A stretch of DNA of 59,943 nucleotides from Dethiosulfovibrio faecalis (GTDB lineage: Bacteria > Synergistota > Synergistia > Synergistales > Dethiosulfovibrionaceae): contig NZ_JAKGUE010000015.1 of assembly GCF_021568795.1 (NCBI RefSeq), positions 1 to 59,943 of the forward strand. The letters are read 5' to 3'. Shown here one piece after another: positions 19,922 to 28,657 of the stretch. A program made the translations under genes and the position numbers. Numbering within the stretch: the first letter of the stretch is position 1; the number at the start of each line of letters is the position of its first letter. A model generated the notes under the pieces. The model saw only the letters and a list, made by a program, of their open reading frames with translations. It was not told the origin of the DNA and did not search any database.

Positions 19922-20335
19922 TTAATCGTTGGACCTGCTCGTATCCACCACCGGTTTTATGTCTATCAGTGGAGTCCCGTCCAGCATGTCGGGGCCTCTA
20001 AACCGGATCTCCAGTCCTTCTATCGAGACCACCTCCACCTCGGTCATCCCTATTCCGTTAGGCCGGTTCGGGCTCCTGGTGGCGAAGACCCCTTTCTCTC
20101 CGTCCAGCCAGTGAGCGTTGGCGGTCAGTTTCGCCCCTTCGGAACGATCGAAGAGGAAGAGGAACACCAGTCTGTCGCAAAGCTCGAGTCCTTTCATTCC
20201 CTCTCTCCACTTTTCATCGAGGACGGCCACAGCCTCCACTTCAGGCTCGAAATGTCCCTGACGGGGTATTTCCTCCTTGCTCTTATAGGGGGATCTGATC
20301 ACCCCCAAAGGCTCTATCTCGTGTTTTTTCCTCAT
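19922..20335 (-). CDS. TsaA/TrmO (YaeB, UPF0066) family SAM-binding protein
   Basis: GVIRSPYKSKEEIPRQG...RSPNRPNGIG...DGTPLIDIKP, typical of the YaeB fold. 4-nt overlap with the upstream ABC ATPase. Confidence 0.75.
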   Translation of the reverse strand: MRKKHEIEPLGVIRSPYKSKEEIPRQGHFEPEVEAVAVLDEKWREGMKGLELCDRLVFLFLFDRSEGAKLTANAHWLDGEKGVFATRSPNRPNGIGMTEVEVVSIEGLEIRFRGPDMLDGTPLIDIKPVVDTSRSND

Positions 20336-21099
20336 CTTCCGACACCTCCAGGAACGACTACTGGAACCCCCCGATGGTCCAAAATGTCAACCTCCACGTC
20401 GTACACTTCCCTTATGGTCGAGACCGACACCTCCAGTGGAGCGCAGCATCGCTCCACCGTTCCTCCTTTAAGGAAGAGACATCTGTCGGCATACCTCATA
20501 GCTCCGTTCACGTCGTGTATGGTCGTCACAGCCGCCAGGCCGTGGCCATGGACCACGTGGGCCACTATATCCATTAACTCGAGACGGTTTTTCATGTCCA
20601 GACTAGCGGTAGGCTCGTCCAGTAGAAGAACCGACGGATCCTGGACCAGAGCCCTGGCCACAGCGACCTTCTGTCTCTCCCCTCCGCTAAGCCTGTCCAG
20701 ATAACGAAGTCTGAAGGAACCCAGATCCAGAAGGGACAAGACGCTCTCAACCACGTTCAGGTCCTTATCGGTGACGGACCAGCCGATATGGGGCCTTCTG
20801 CCCAGGAGGACCGAGTCGAACACCGTCATCCTCTGAGGCTGGGTAAACTGAGGAACGTAACCCATGGATCTGGCGATGTCCTCCCTGGACATGGACGATA
20901 CCGCCACTCCGTCGATCGAGACAACTCCCTCGTGAGGCTTCAGTATGCCGTTCAGACATCGGAGCAAGGTGGTCTTGCCTACCCCGTTAGGCCCCATGAC
21001 GGCGAGCATCTCGCCGGAAGACAGGGAGAAGGATACGTCCCTGAATACCCATTCCTTACCCCATCGGAAGCCTAGATTTTCGACCTTGAGCGACATCAT
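20332..21099 (-). CDS. Iron-complex/cobalamin-type ABC transporter ATP-binding protein (FecE/BtuD-like)
   Basis: Walker A GPNGVGKTTLL, signature LSGGERQ, Walker B LLLDEP. Start refined to MMSLKVENL, with a 4-nt overlap with the permease. The ORF-track 5-prime extension is antisense to the permease. Confidence 0.85.
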   Translation of the reverse strand: MMSLKVENLGFRWGKEWVFRDVSFSLSSGEMLAVMGPNGVGKTTLLRCLNGILKPHEGVVSIDGVAVSSMSREDIARSMGYVPQFTQPQRMTVFDSVLLGRRPHIGWSVTDKDLNVVESVLSLLDLGSFRLRYLDRLSGGERQKVAVARALVQDPSVLLLDEPTASLDMKNRLELMDIVAHVVHGHGLAAVTTIHDVNGAMRYADRCLFLKGGTVERCCAPLEVSVSTIREVYDVEVDILDHRGVPVVVPGGVGR

Positions 21100-22154
21100 T
21101 TTCCTCCTCTCAACAACAGCCACAGAAAGGCGGGAGCGCCCAGAAAGGAGGTCAGCACCGCCACTGGCAATACATGGGGAGACAGGATCTGTCTGGCGGC
21201 GGTGTCCGCCAACAACAGCAGCAACGCTCCGGCGACGGCGCTGGCGGGAACCAGATAGCGATAATCGTCCCCTATCATCCTTCTTATAGCGTGGGGGCAG
21301 ACCAAGCCTACGAAACCGATAACCCCCAGATAGGACACGGTTATCGAAACGATCAAGGCGGAGATCACCAATCCCCTGAGTCTCAACCGGGATACGTCGA
21401 CTCCCAAGCCCCGGGCGGTCTCGTCTCCCGCCTCTATCGCGTTGAAGTCCCAACGTCGAAGGAAGAAATAGCCTCCAGCAGGAAGCAGGACGGCGGTCAT
21501 CACGGCCAGATCCTGCCAGTCCGCCCTGGCCAGGTCCCCGAAGGTCCAGAACACTATGGCGGCCAACTGGACGTCGTCGGCGAAATACTGGAGAAACATT
21601 GTGCCGGCGGTGAACAAAGACCCCAGGGCCACGCCGCAGAGGACCATGGTCTCAGGAGCGGCTCCCCTCGTCGCAGATATAGCCAGGATCACCGCGGTCG
21701 CGACCATACAGAAGCAGAAGGCCCCGACCGCAACGATACCGGGACCGAAAGACAGAAGCCAATAAGGAGCTCTTTCAGACAGATTCCCTATCAACATAAC
21801 CGTCAAGGCCGCACCAAAGGCTCCGGCGTGGGAAAACCCCAGGGTAAAGGGAGAGCCCAGAGGGTTTCTGAGGATGGCCTGCATGGCCACGCCCGACAGA
21901 GACAATCCCGCTCCGGCGACGACGGCTGCTATGGCCTGAGGAAGTCGAATGTTCCATAGTATCAGGGAATCCCGCCCCTCCGACAACCCCAGGAAACCCC
22001 TGATAACCTGGGGCACCGTCATTCCTGAGACCCCCACGGAAAGAGACAGCATAAAGGCCGATAGAGTCAAAGCGACTAAAACCAGAAGAAAAAGCCGTTT
22101 TTTACCGGCATATTTTTTATAGGAAAGAGAGACCTCGACTCCGTCCAGATGCAT
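21096..22154 (-). CDS. FecCD-family ABC permease
   Basis: 352 aa, about 9-10 TM, typical FecCD/BtuC profile. Confidence 0.85.
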   Translation of the reverse strand: MHLDGVEVSLSYKKYAGKKRLFLLVLVALTLSAFMLSLSVGVSGMTVPQVIRGFLGLSEGRDSLILWNIRLPQAIAAVVAGAGLSLSGVAMQAILRNPLGSPFTLGFSHAGAFGAALTVMLIGNLSERAPYWLLSFGPGIVAVGAFCFCMVATAVILAISATRGAAPETMVLCGVALGSLFTAGTMFLQYFADDVQLAAIVFWTFGDLARADWQDLAVMTAVLLPAGGYFFLRRWDFNAIEAGDETARGLGVDVSRLRLRGLVISALIVSITVSYLGVIGFVGLVCPHAIRRMIGDDYRYLVPASAVAGALLLLLADTAARQILSPHVLPVAVLTSFLGAPAFLWLLLRGGK

Positions 22155-22159
22155 GGTGA

Positions 22160-23257
22160 CTAGATCTCTCCCGGCACGAGTTTACGGAATACCTTGCCTT
22201 TAAAGCAATCGTTTAACTTGGAAAAGACGGGTTTCCCTACGAGAAAAGCGTATATCTCGTCGGCCTTATCTCCGGGATCAACGTCCTCGAATCGATCGGG
22301 AAAGAGCAGCGACCCCACGAAATAAGCGTCCGCAAGGATATTCCCGAAGTTTTGGGTGTACCAGTTATAGGGTAATACCCCGTAGATGTCGCCTTTCTCC
22401 ACGGCGGAGAGCCCTCTCCACAGAGGATCGTCGGCCAGTTCCTTCAAAGCTCCCCCTCCGACCGCCGTTATGGTGGACAGATCAACGAAGATGAATTTCG
22501 GATCCCATTTCAACAGGGCCTCCTTGGATACCACCGCATGTCTACTCTTGGCCCCCTTGCCCTCTGCCGCCACGTTCGCCACTCCGGAAAACAAGAAGGG
22601 AGGATAATTAGGCTCTGTGGACAACAGTCCGTGAGGACCTCTGAAGGCTATTCCTCCCACGTAGGCGGAACCCTCTATGGAGGCATCGGCGGTTCTCGTT
22701 TTAAGGTCTTCTATGGCGGCTTCGAAGAAACTCACCACTTCCTTCGCCCTGTCGGAGACATCGGTCACCTGCCCCATTATGGAGAGGGACTCGTACAGTC
22801 TATTCCTCTTTCCTGCCAGATTTCCGTAGTCCAGGGCGACGACGGGAATACCTGTCTTGGACTGGAGACTTTCGGCTTCGTCGCCGGTGCAGCCGGTCTT
22901 GAATATCACCTGAGGGGCGGGATCCAGAGAGAGGATCAGCTCCGGACTGTCGTTGCCTCTGAACTCGCCGAACAACGGCAGGGTCTTATACTCCGGTCTG
23001 GCGATGGCGTAGGGCCTAGCGTCGAAAGTCTCAGTTCTCCTCTCTATGCTGTCAACCGCAACGACCTTGTCCTCCAGTCGAAGATAGGTGGCCAGTCTGA
23101 GACATCCCGATCCGGAACAGATTATCCTGTCTACCTCGTCGGGGACCTCCACATCTCTACCCAATCCGTCCGTCACGGTGGCAGCGTAAGAGGTTACAGT
23201 CCAAAGCATGGAAAACAAGGCAATGAAAAAAGCTACAGTTCTTCTCAAGCGGTACAT
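22160..23257 (-). CDS. Periplasmic substrate-binding protein, class III (FecB/BtuF/FhuD-like)
   Basis: Signal peptide. The IICSGSGCLRLATYL region is typical of iron-siderophore/B12 binding proteins. Confidence 0.8.
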   Translation of the reverse strand: MYRLRRTVAFFIALFSMLWTVTSYAATVTDGLGRDVEVPDEVDRIICSGSGCLRLATYLRLEDKVVAVDSIERRTETFDARPYAIARPEYKTLPLFGEFRGNDSPELILSLDPAPQVIFKTGCTGDEAESLQSKTGIPVVALDYGNLAGKRNRLYESLSIMGQVTDVSDRAKEVVSFFEAAIEDLKTRTADASIEGSAYVGGIAFRGPHGLLSTEPNYPPFLFSGVANVAAEGKGAKSRHAVVSKEALLKWDPKFIFVDLSTITAVGGGALKELADDPLWRGLSAVEKGDIYGVLPYNWYTQNFGNILADAYFVGSLLFPDRFEDVDPGDKADEIYAFLVGKPVFSKLNDCFKGKVFRKLVPGEI

Positions 23258-23376
23258 CTCCCTTCGAAATATATATCAGCCTATAATGATAGCACGAAAC
23301 AGGGATCTTGTAGTACCAAAAAGACGAAATCGACGATAGACTTTTAGGAGAAAACACTACGACGCTAAGGGGATGG

Positions 23377-24114
23377 GTGAAATTGAAGGAGAACAGTTTC
23401 GTATTTCGAGGCGAAGAGGTGCTTATCCCGGAGATGGACGGGATCGAGTTACCTCGGGAACTTGATTACATATCGACGGGAAAAGTCGATGGCGTGGGCA
23501 CGTGGAGAGAGCTCCACGTGGATACCGACCTGAAAGGGTGGAGGGCCGTACCTAGAAGGGCCCTATGGGAGCTGATAGGAGAGATATCCTTCGCAAAGGC
23601 CAATCGTCTCTACGCCGAGATGGATTGGCGTAAAAACAGCCGGTTCTGCGGCAGATGCGGTACTCCCATGGAAGACGGAGAGGACAACGGCCGGGTCTGT
23701 CCTAAATGTGGTTACAGGATATACCCTATAATCTCCCCTGCCGTGATAGTGGCGGTAGAGAGGGGAAATCGTATCCTCCTGGCCCACAACTCGGTCTTTC
23801 CCTCCGGCAGGTACAGCGTCCTGGCGGGCTTCGTGGACCTGGGAGAAAGCCTGGAGGAGACCTTGAGGAGGGAGATCAGGGAGGAGGTCGGAATAGAGAT
23901 ATCGAACATAAGCTATTTCGACAGCCAGTCGTGGCCGTTTCCCCGGTCTCTCATGGTGGCCTTTCAGGCCCGATGGGCCTACGGCGAAATAGAGGTCGAC
24001 GGTAAAGAGATAGACAGGGCTGACTGGTTCGCTCCCGAGGATCTTCCCGAGATCCCCGGAAGCGTCAGCGTATCACGAAGATTGATAGACGATTTTATCA
24101 GGAGAAACTCCTGA
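23377..24114 (+). CDS. nudC: NADH pyrophosphatase-like NUDIX hydrolase with zinc ribbon
   Basis: CGRCG...CPKCG zinc ribbon. Nudix box GFVDLGESLEETLRREIREEVG. Confidence 0.8.
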   Translation: MKLKENSFVFRGEEVLIPEMDGIELPRELDYISTGKVDGVGTWRELHVDTDLKGWRAVPRRALWELIGEISFAKANRLYAEMDWRKNSRFCGRCGTPMEDGEDNGRVCPKCGYRIYPIISPAVIVAVERGNRILLAHNSVFPSGRYSVLAGFVDLGESLEETLRREIREEVGIEISNISYFDSQSWPFPRSLMVAFQARWAYGEIEVDGKEIDRADWFAPEDLPEIPGSVSVSRRLIDDFIRRNS

Positions 24115-24115
24115 T

Positions 24116-25309
24116 CTATTTCTCGAGAGCCATGATCTGGTCCATATCCTTGTCTCCCCGGCCGGACAGGTTGACCAGGAGGATCTCGTCGGAACCCATC
24201 CGGGGTAGCCTCTTTATCGCATATGCCAGGGCGTGGGAGCTTTCGAGAGCCGGTATTATCCCCTCGGTTCGACAGAGAAGATGAAAGGCATCGAGGGCCT
24301 CCTCATCTGTAACGGCCACATAGGTAGCCCTGCCGCTGTCCTTGAGGTAGGAGTGCTCCGGGCCCACTCCGGGGTAGTCCAATCCGGCGGAGATAGAATA
24401 CACCGGAGCGGGATCTCCGTTTTCGTCGGTGAGGACGTAACTCTTGAAACCGTGTATCATGCCAGGAGATCCTACGACGAGGGTGGCTGCATGCTCTCCC
24501 GTCTCCAGCCCCTTACCGGCTGGCTCCACCCCTGTTATAGCCACAGAGGCGTCGTCGAGAAAACCGGAGAAAAGACCGATGGCGTTGCTGCCACCTCCGA
24601 CGCAGGCCACTATCTCGTCGGGTAGACGGCCCTCTCTGTCCAGTATCTGCTGTCGGGCCTCTTTGCCTATGATGCTCTGAAAATGACGGACCATGGAAGG
24701 ATAGGGAGCGGGCCCCACCGCCGACCCGAGAAGGTAGAAAGCCTCGGGATCCTCGACGTAGGCGTTAAGGGCGGCGTCAACTGCGTCCTTCAGGACTCCC
24801 TGTCCCTGGGTCACCGACACCACCTTAGCCCCTAGCAGCTTCATCCTGCTGACGTTGGGAGCCTGGCGTGCTACGTCCACGGCTCCCATATAGACCACGC
24901 ATTCCATCCCCATCAGGGCCGCCACAGTGGCGGAGGCGGTTCCATGCATACCCGCACCGGTCTCGGCTATGAGACGGGTCTTTCCCATCCTTTTGGCCAA
25001 CAGGGCCTGTCCTATGGCGTTGTTTATCTTGTGGGCTCCGGTATGGTTCAGGTCCTCCCTTTTCAGAAATAGACGGCCCCCTCCAAGTTTATCTTCGAGG
25101 TTAAGACACTCGGTAATCGCGGAGGGACGCCCTACGTACTCCCTCATGAGACGCATATATTCCCTCTCGAACTCCGGGTCCGACGCGGCATCCAGGAAGG
25201 CCTCGGAAAGCTCCTCCAAGGGCCTCTCCAACGACTCCGGGACGAATCTACCTCCAAAAGCTCCATAGTATCCTTTTTTAGCGGCGTTATCGACGGTCGT
25301 TACGGTCAT
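24116..25309 (-). CDS. trpB: Tryptophan synthase beta chain (TrpB1-type), solitary
   Basis: [20 protein letters not shown] (PLP-Lys), GGGSNAIG; 397 aa. Strong GGAGGAG RBS. No trpA or other trp genes adjacent. Confidence 0.95.
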   Translation of the reverse strand: MTVTTVDNAAKKGYYGAFGGRFVPESLERPLEELSEAFLDAASDPEFEREYMRLMREYVGRPSAITECLNLEDKLGGGRLFLKREDLNHTGAHKINNAIGQALLAKRMGKTRLIAETGAGMHGTASATVAALMGMECVVYMGAVDVARQAPNVSRMKLLGAKVVSVTQGQGVLKDAVDAALNAYVEDPEAFYLLGSAVGPAPYPSMVRHFQSIIGKEARQQILDREGRLPDEIVACVGGGSNAIGLFSGFLDDASVAITGVEPAGKGLETGEHAATLVVGSPGMIHGFKSYVLTDENGDPAPVYSISAGLDYPGVGPEHSYLKDSGRATYVAVTDEEALDAFHLLCRTEGIIPALESSHALAYAIKRLPRMGSDEILLVNLSGRGDKDMDQIMALEK

Positions 25310-25344
25310 TTAAATCTCCTCCATATCTCTAAAATTTGGACCCG

Positions 25345-25386
25345 AATAAAGAAAGGGCCGCTCCCCCTACCAGAGGGGCGCGGCCC
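25345..25386 (-). terminator. Second strong hairpin + U-run in the trpB leader (possible additional terminator or pause site)
   Basis: Minus strand reads GGGCCGCGCCCCT-ctggt-AGGGGGAGCGGCCC followed by TTTCTTTATT. Confidence 0.5.
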
Positions 25387-25390
25387 TTAA

Positions 25391-25423
25391 AGAAAAAGCC
25401 GCGGCAGCGTCTGCCACCGCGGC
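25391..25423 (-). terminator. Attenuator terminator (segments 3:4) of the trpB leader
   Basis: Minus strand reads GCCGCGGTGGCAG-acg-CTGCCGCGGC followed by TTTTTCTTT. Its 5-prime arm CGCGGTGG can alternatively pair with CCACCGCG just after the leader-peptide stop. Confidence 0.6.
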
Positions 25424-25451
25424 TGAAAGCACAGCCTAAGACGCGGTGGAC

Positions 25452-25508
25452 CTAGGTCCACCACCACCAGCAAAGCATCGAATTGTCAGTCATGGGTTTA
25501 AAGTACAT
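25452..25508 (-). CDS. Putative trp leader peptide MYFKPMTDNSMLCWWWWT (four tandem Trp codons)
   Basis: Read directly from the sequence: ATG TAC TTT AAA CCC ATG ACT GAC AAT TCG ATG CTT TGC TGG TGG TGG TGG ACC TAG on the minus strand. An in-frame internal ATG would give MLCWWWWT. Too short to appear in the ORF track. Confidence 0.55.
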   Translation of the reverse strand: MYFKPMTDNSMLCWWWWT

Positions 25509-25541
25509 AGCCTTCCACGGCCTCTCGATGAATTTCGGAAT

Positions 25542-25570
25542 ATAATACACCTCTTCAAGCCTCCGGTCAA
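25542..25570 (-). promoter_or_regulatory. Near-consensus sigma-70 promoter for the trp leader-trpB transcript
   Basis: Minus strand TTGACC-17 nt-TATTAT, located between the MFS stop and the leader peptide. Confidence 0.5.
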
Positions 25571-25580
25571 CGACAGGAGG

Positions 25581-26879
25581 TCAAATCAGCCCCTTTTTTC
25601 TGTATATCGGCTCGGCCAGACTCCATAGGAGGTCGCCCCTCTTGAGCAAAACCACCCCTATCAGGAGACAGACCGCCCCTCCCATGGCCAACGTGGCCCT
25701 GGCTCCGATGAAAGAGGCCACCGTCCCTGCCACGAGGCTTCCGATAGGGGCGGTTCCCGTCAGGGAAACCACGTAGAGGGACATCACCCTGCTCCTCTTG
25801 TCCTCTTCCACCAAGGTCTGTATCAACGTGTTGCCCGCCACCAAAACCGACACCATGCCGAACCCCACTGCGATTATAAGCAATATCGACATAGGAGCCC
25901 AGAGAGAGAGGGAGAAAGCGGCCAAGGAGATGCCGAAGAAAGAAAGAGAGATGGCCATAACCCTCATGAGGCCCACCGGGGTCTTCCTGACGGCCAGCCT
26001 TATCGATCCGGCCAGGGCTCCGAGCCCGGACGCACCGGTCAACAGACCAAGCAGTGTGGGACCGCCGTGCAGGATCTCCTTGGCGAATATCGGCAAAAGG
26101 ACCAGATAGGGCAAACCGGCAAAGCTCAGTAGAGCCAGAGATATCAGGACGTCCCTTATGGGAAGAAAGGAACGGACGTAACTGATGCCGGAGACAAATC
26201 CCTCCCAAAAGGGCTCCCGCTCCCGAGAAACCTCCTGAGGACGCAGCCGGAGAGCCATCAAAGCCGCCAAGGTGGCCAGATAACAGGCGCTGTTTATACC
26301 GAAACATATCCCCTCGCCGAAGGCGGCTATGCAAAACCCCGCTACCGATGGGCCTATCAGTCGGGCGACGTTGAACAGAGAGGAGTTGAGCGCCACAGCG
26401 TTTCCCAGATCCTCAGGCCGATCCACGAGCTGAATGACGAAGGTCTGACGGGCCGGGAGCTCGAAAGCGTTCACCACGCCCAATAAAACCCCTAGTGCCA
26501 AAACGTGTATATAATTGACTGTTCCGGTAAGGGTCAATCCGGCAAGCACTCCGGCGTGAACCATGCATAGAGTCTGGCAGATCACCATCAGACGCCTCAG
26601 GTCCCAGCGTTCCATCAAGACCCCCGCAAAGGTTGAAAGGAATAACAACGGAATCTGACTGGCGAAATCCACGGCTCCTAACAGAAAAGCCGAGTCGGTC
26701 AGACGATATACCAGCCACCCCATAGCGACCCTTTGAATCCAAAAACCAGTCAGAGAAACGCCCTGCCCTGTGAAAAAAAGCCTGTAATTCCTCGATCCAA
26801 GGGCGGAAAACGCCCCTATCTTCACAAAAGACATCAAGATTCCCCCAATCTCGATTATCAAACCAGAACATGATAACAT
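25581..26879 (-). CDS. MFS transporter
   Basis: 432 aa, 12 predicted TM helices, MFS-like loop motifs. Confidence 0.8.
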   Translation of the reverse strand: MLSCSGLIIEIGGILMSFVKIGAFSALGSRNYRLFFTGQGVSLTGFWIQRVAMGWLVYRLTDSAFLLGAVDFASQIPLLFLSTFAGVLMERWDLRRLMVICQTLCMVHAGVLAGLTLTGTVNYIHVLALGVLLGVVNAFELPARQTFVIQLVDRPEDLGNAVALNSSLFNVARLIGPSVAGFCIAAFGEGICFGINSACYLATLAALMALRLRPQEVSREREPFWEGFVSGISYVRSFLPIRDVLISLALLSFAGLPYLVLLPIFAKEILHGGPTLLGLLTGASGLGALAGSIRLAVRKTPVGLMRVMAISLSFFGISLAAFSLSLWAPMSILLIIAVGFGMVSVLVAGNTLIQTLVEEDKRSRVMSLYVVSLTGTAPIGSLVAGTVASFIGARATLAMGGAVCLLIGVVLLKRGDLLWSLAEPIYRKKGLI

Positions 26880-27012
26880 AAAAATGGATACATATATTCG
26901 ACGAAAGGCGAAACTACCCTTAACAGGACAAAAAAGCAGATGATCCCCTGCATGACCTCTCCCCTTCCTGATGATAGGATTTTCCCAGATTCTCAGGTTG
27001 GGAAGTGATTGT

Positions 27013-28176
27013 ATGGCCGGATATTATCTAATGCCACCGGTAAACCTCATGGGAAGAGGGAGCCTACAGAAGACCGGCTCCTGGATGGAGAAGCTGGGCG
27101 GCAGAAAAGCTCTTATAGTCGCGTCGATCGGGGAATACGGAGAGCTCCAGGGCTCCATGGTCCTGGAGGTTCTGAGGACCCATGGCCTGGAAGGCGACGT
27201 CTTCCCCGGTGCTGGGCCGAACCCCACGGACGTGATGGTGGAAGAGGCGGTAGGCAGATATTTCGGACAAAAATGCGACTGTCTAATAGCAGTCGGAGGT
27301 GGAAGCGCCATGGACTGCACAAAGGCAGCATCGGTCTCCATCGGCAGGATAGACGAAAAATCCAAAAAAGGGGAAGGCCGGAAAAACAGACCGCCTTTCA
27401 TCGCCATCAACACCACCGCCGGGACCGGCAGCGAGGCCACCAGTTTCGCGGTCATAACGGACAGCGAAAACCACCGTAAGATAACCGTACAGGACTGGAC
27501 CCTCATGCCGGACGTATCGATCAACGATCCGGATCTGATGCTGTCCATGCCCCCGGGCCTTACAGCCGCCACAGGGATGGACGCCCTCTCCCATGCAGTA
27601 GAGGCCTACGTTTCCACGGAAGCGTCGCTTTTTTCCGACGGCATAGCCCTTCAGGCCATAAGGACAATCTTCCGCTGGCTTCCCATGGCGGTACGCTACG
27701 GAGACAGCATCGAGGCGAGAGAGGCCATGTGCAACGCCGCTTTCATGGCAGGAGTGGCCTTCAACAACGCCGGTCTGGGCTACGTCCACGCCCTTTCCCA
27801 TCCTATAAGCGCCATGTACGGAGCTCCTCACGGACTGGTAAACGCCATATTGCTCCCGGTGGTGGAAAGATACAACCTACCGGCAGCCGCCACAAAGATG
27901 GCCACAATGGGATCGGTGATAGACGAAGCCACCTACGACAGATACGGTATAGACCACTCCGGTTTCCGGACCGCCGAAAAAGCGGAAAAGGTAGTTGAGG
28001 CCATGGCCGATCTGGCGAAGGAGATAGGCATAGCCGGAGGACTGTCCTCCCTGGGGGTCACCGAAAATTCCATAGACGATCTGGCCTTAGCCGCCTCGAA
28101 GGAGGCCATAGGGATCAACAACCCCCGCAAGGGGGTCCTACAGGAGATAAGGGACCTCTACATTCAGGCCCTTTAA
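27013..28176 (+). CDS. Iron-containing (group III) alcohol dehydrogenase
   Basis: GGGSAMDCTKAASV and conserved His-rich metal site. Start refined to MAGYYLMPPVN. Confidence 0.85.
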   Translation: MAGYYLMPPVNLMGRGSLQKTGSWMEKLGGRKALIVASIGEYGELQGSMVLEVLRTHGLEGDVFPGAGPNPTDVMVEEAVGRYFGQKCDCLIAVGGGSAMDCTKAASVSIGRIDEKSKKGEGRKNRPPFIAINTTAGTGSEATSFAVITDSENHRKITVQDWTLMPDVSINDPDLMLSMPPGLTAATGMDALSHAVEAYVSTEASLFSDGIALQAIRTIFRWLPMAVRYGDSIEAREAMCNAAFMAGVAFNNAGLGYVHALSHPISAMYGAPHGLVNAILLPVVERYNLPAAATKMATMGSVIDEATYDRYGIDHSGFRTAEKAEKVVEAMADLAKEIGIAGGLSSLGVTENSIDDLALAASKEAIGINNPRKGVLQEIRDLYIQAL

Positions 28177-28191
28177 GAAATCACATACCCC

Positions 28192-28229
28192 AAAGAAGGC
28201 GCCGCCTCTCGAGAGGCGGCGCCTTCTTT
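28192..28229. terminator. Palindromic terminator-like hairpin after the ADH gene
   Basis: AAAGAAGGCGCCGCCTC-tcgag-GAGGCGGCGCCTTCTTT, a perfect 17-bp inverted repeat. Confidence 0.55.
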
Positions 28230-28289
28230 GGTAGAATGGAGTCTCCATCGGCACATGCCGACGAGAAGAAGGATAACGGAGGAGATCTC

Positions 28290-28655
28290 ATGCTGCTAAG
28301 AAAGGAATTCACCTTCGACGCCGCCCACAGGCTCGAGAGGTACAGAGGAAAATGCGAGGCCCTTCACGGTCACACCTACAGATTGGCCGTCACCTTGGAC
28401 GGGCGCAGAGACGACGATGATATGGTTTTCGACTTCACCGAGCTGAAACGGGTCGTGTCGGAAAAGGTCCTGACCAAGCTGGATCACTCCTACCTAAACG
28501 ACGTGATGGATCAGCCTACGGCGGAGAACATAGCCCTATGGATATGGAGCAAACTGGACGAATCGGTAAAAAAACCAAACTGCGAGCTACACTCCGTACA
28601 GGTCTGGGAGACCGCGACGAGCTCCGTGATAGTGTTCCGAGAGGACGTGGAGTAA
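28290..28655 (+). CDS. 6-pyruvoyl-tetrahydropterin synthase family protein (QueD/PTPS; Cys+Glu active-site variant consistent with PTPS-III)
   Basis: CEALHGHTYRL zinc-binding HGH motif preceded by Cys-Glu. 122 aa from MLLRK, with a GGAGGAG RBS. Confidence 0.8.
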   Translation: MLLRKEFTFDAAHRLERYRGKCEALHGHTYRLAVTLDGRRDDDDMVFDFTELKRVVSEKVLTKLDHSYLNDVMDQPTAENIALWIWSKLDESVKKPNCELHSVQVWETATSSVIVFREDVE

Positions 28656-28657
28656 CC

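Noticed and set aside
20332-21453. ORF-track 373-aa version of the ABC ATPase, extending 118 codons upstream.
   Set aside because: The extension is Arg-rich nonsense overlapping the permease gene. The conserved ATPase begins at MMSLKVENL, which gives the usual 4-nt operon overlap.
25445-25462. T-box riboswitch interpretation of the trpB leader (GGTGG..ACCGCG loosely resembles the T-box sequence AGGGUGGNACCGCG).
   Set aside because: There is an 8-nt insertion relative to the T-box consensus, and no specifier-loop, AG-box or GNUGA elements. The four in-frame tandem Trp codons followed by a stop explain the structure better, as a leader-peptide attenuator.
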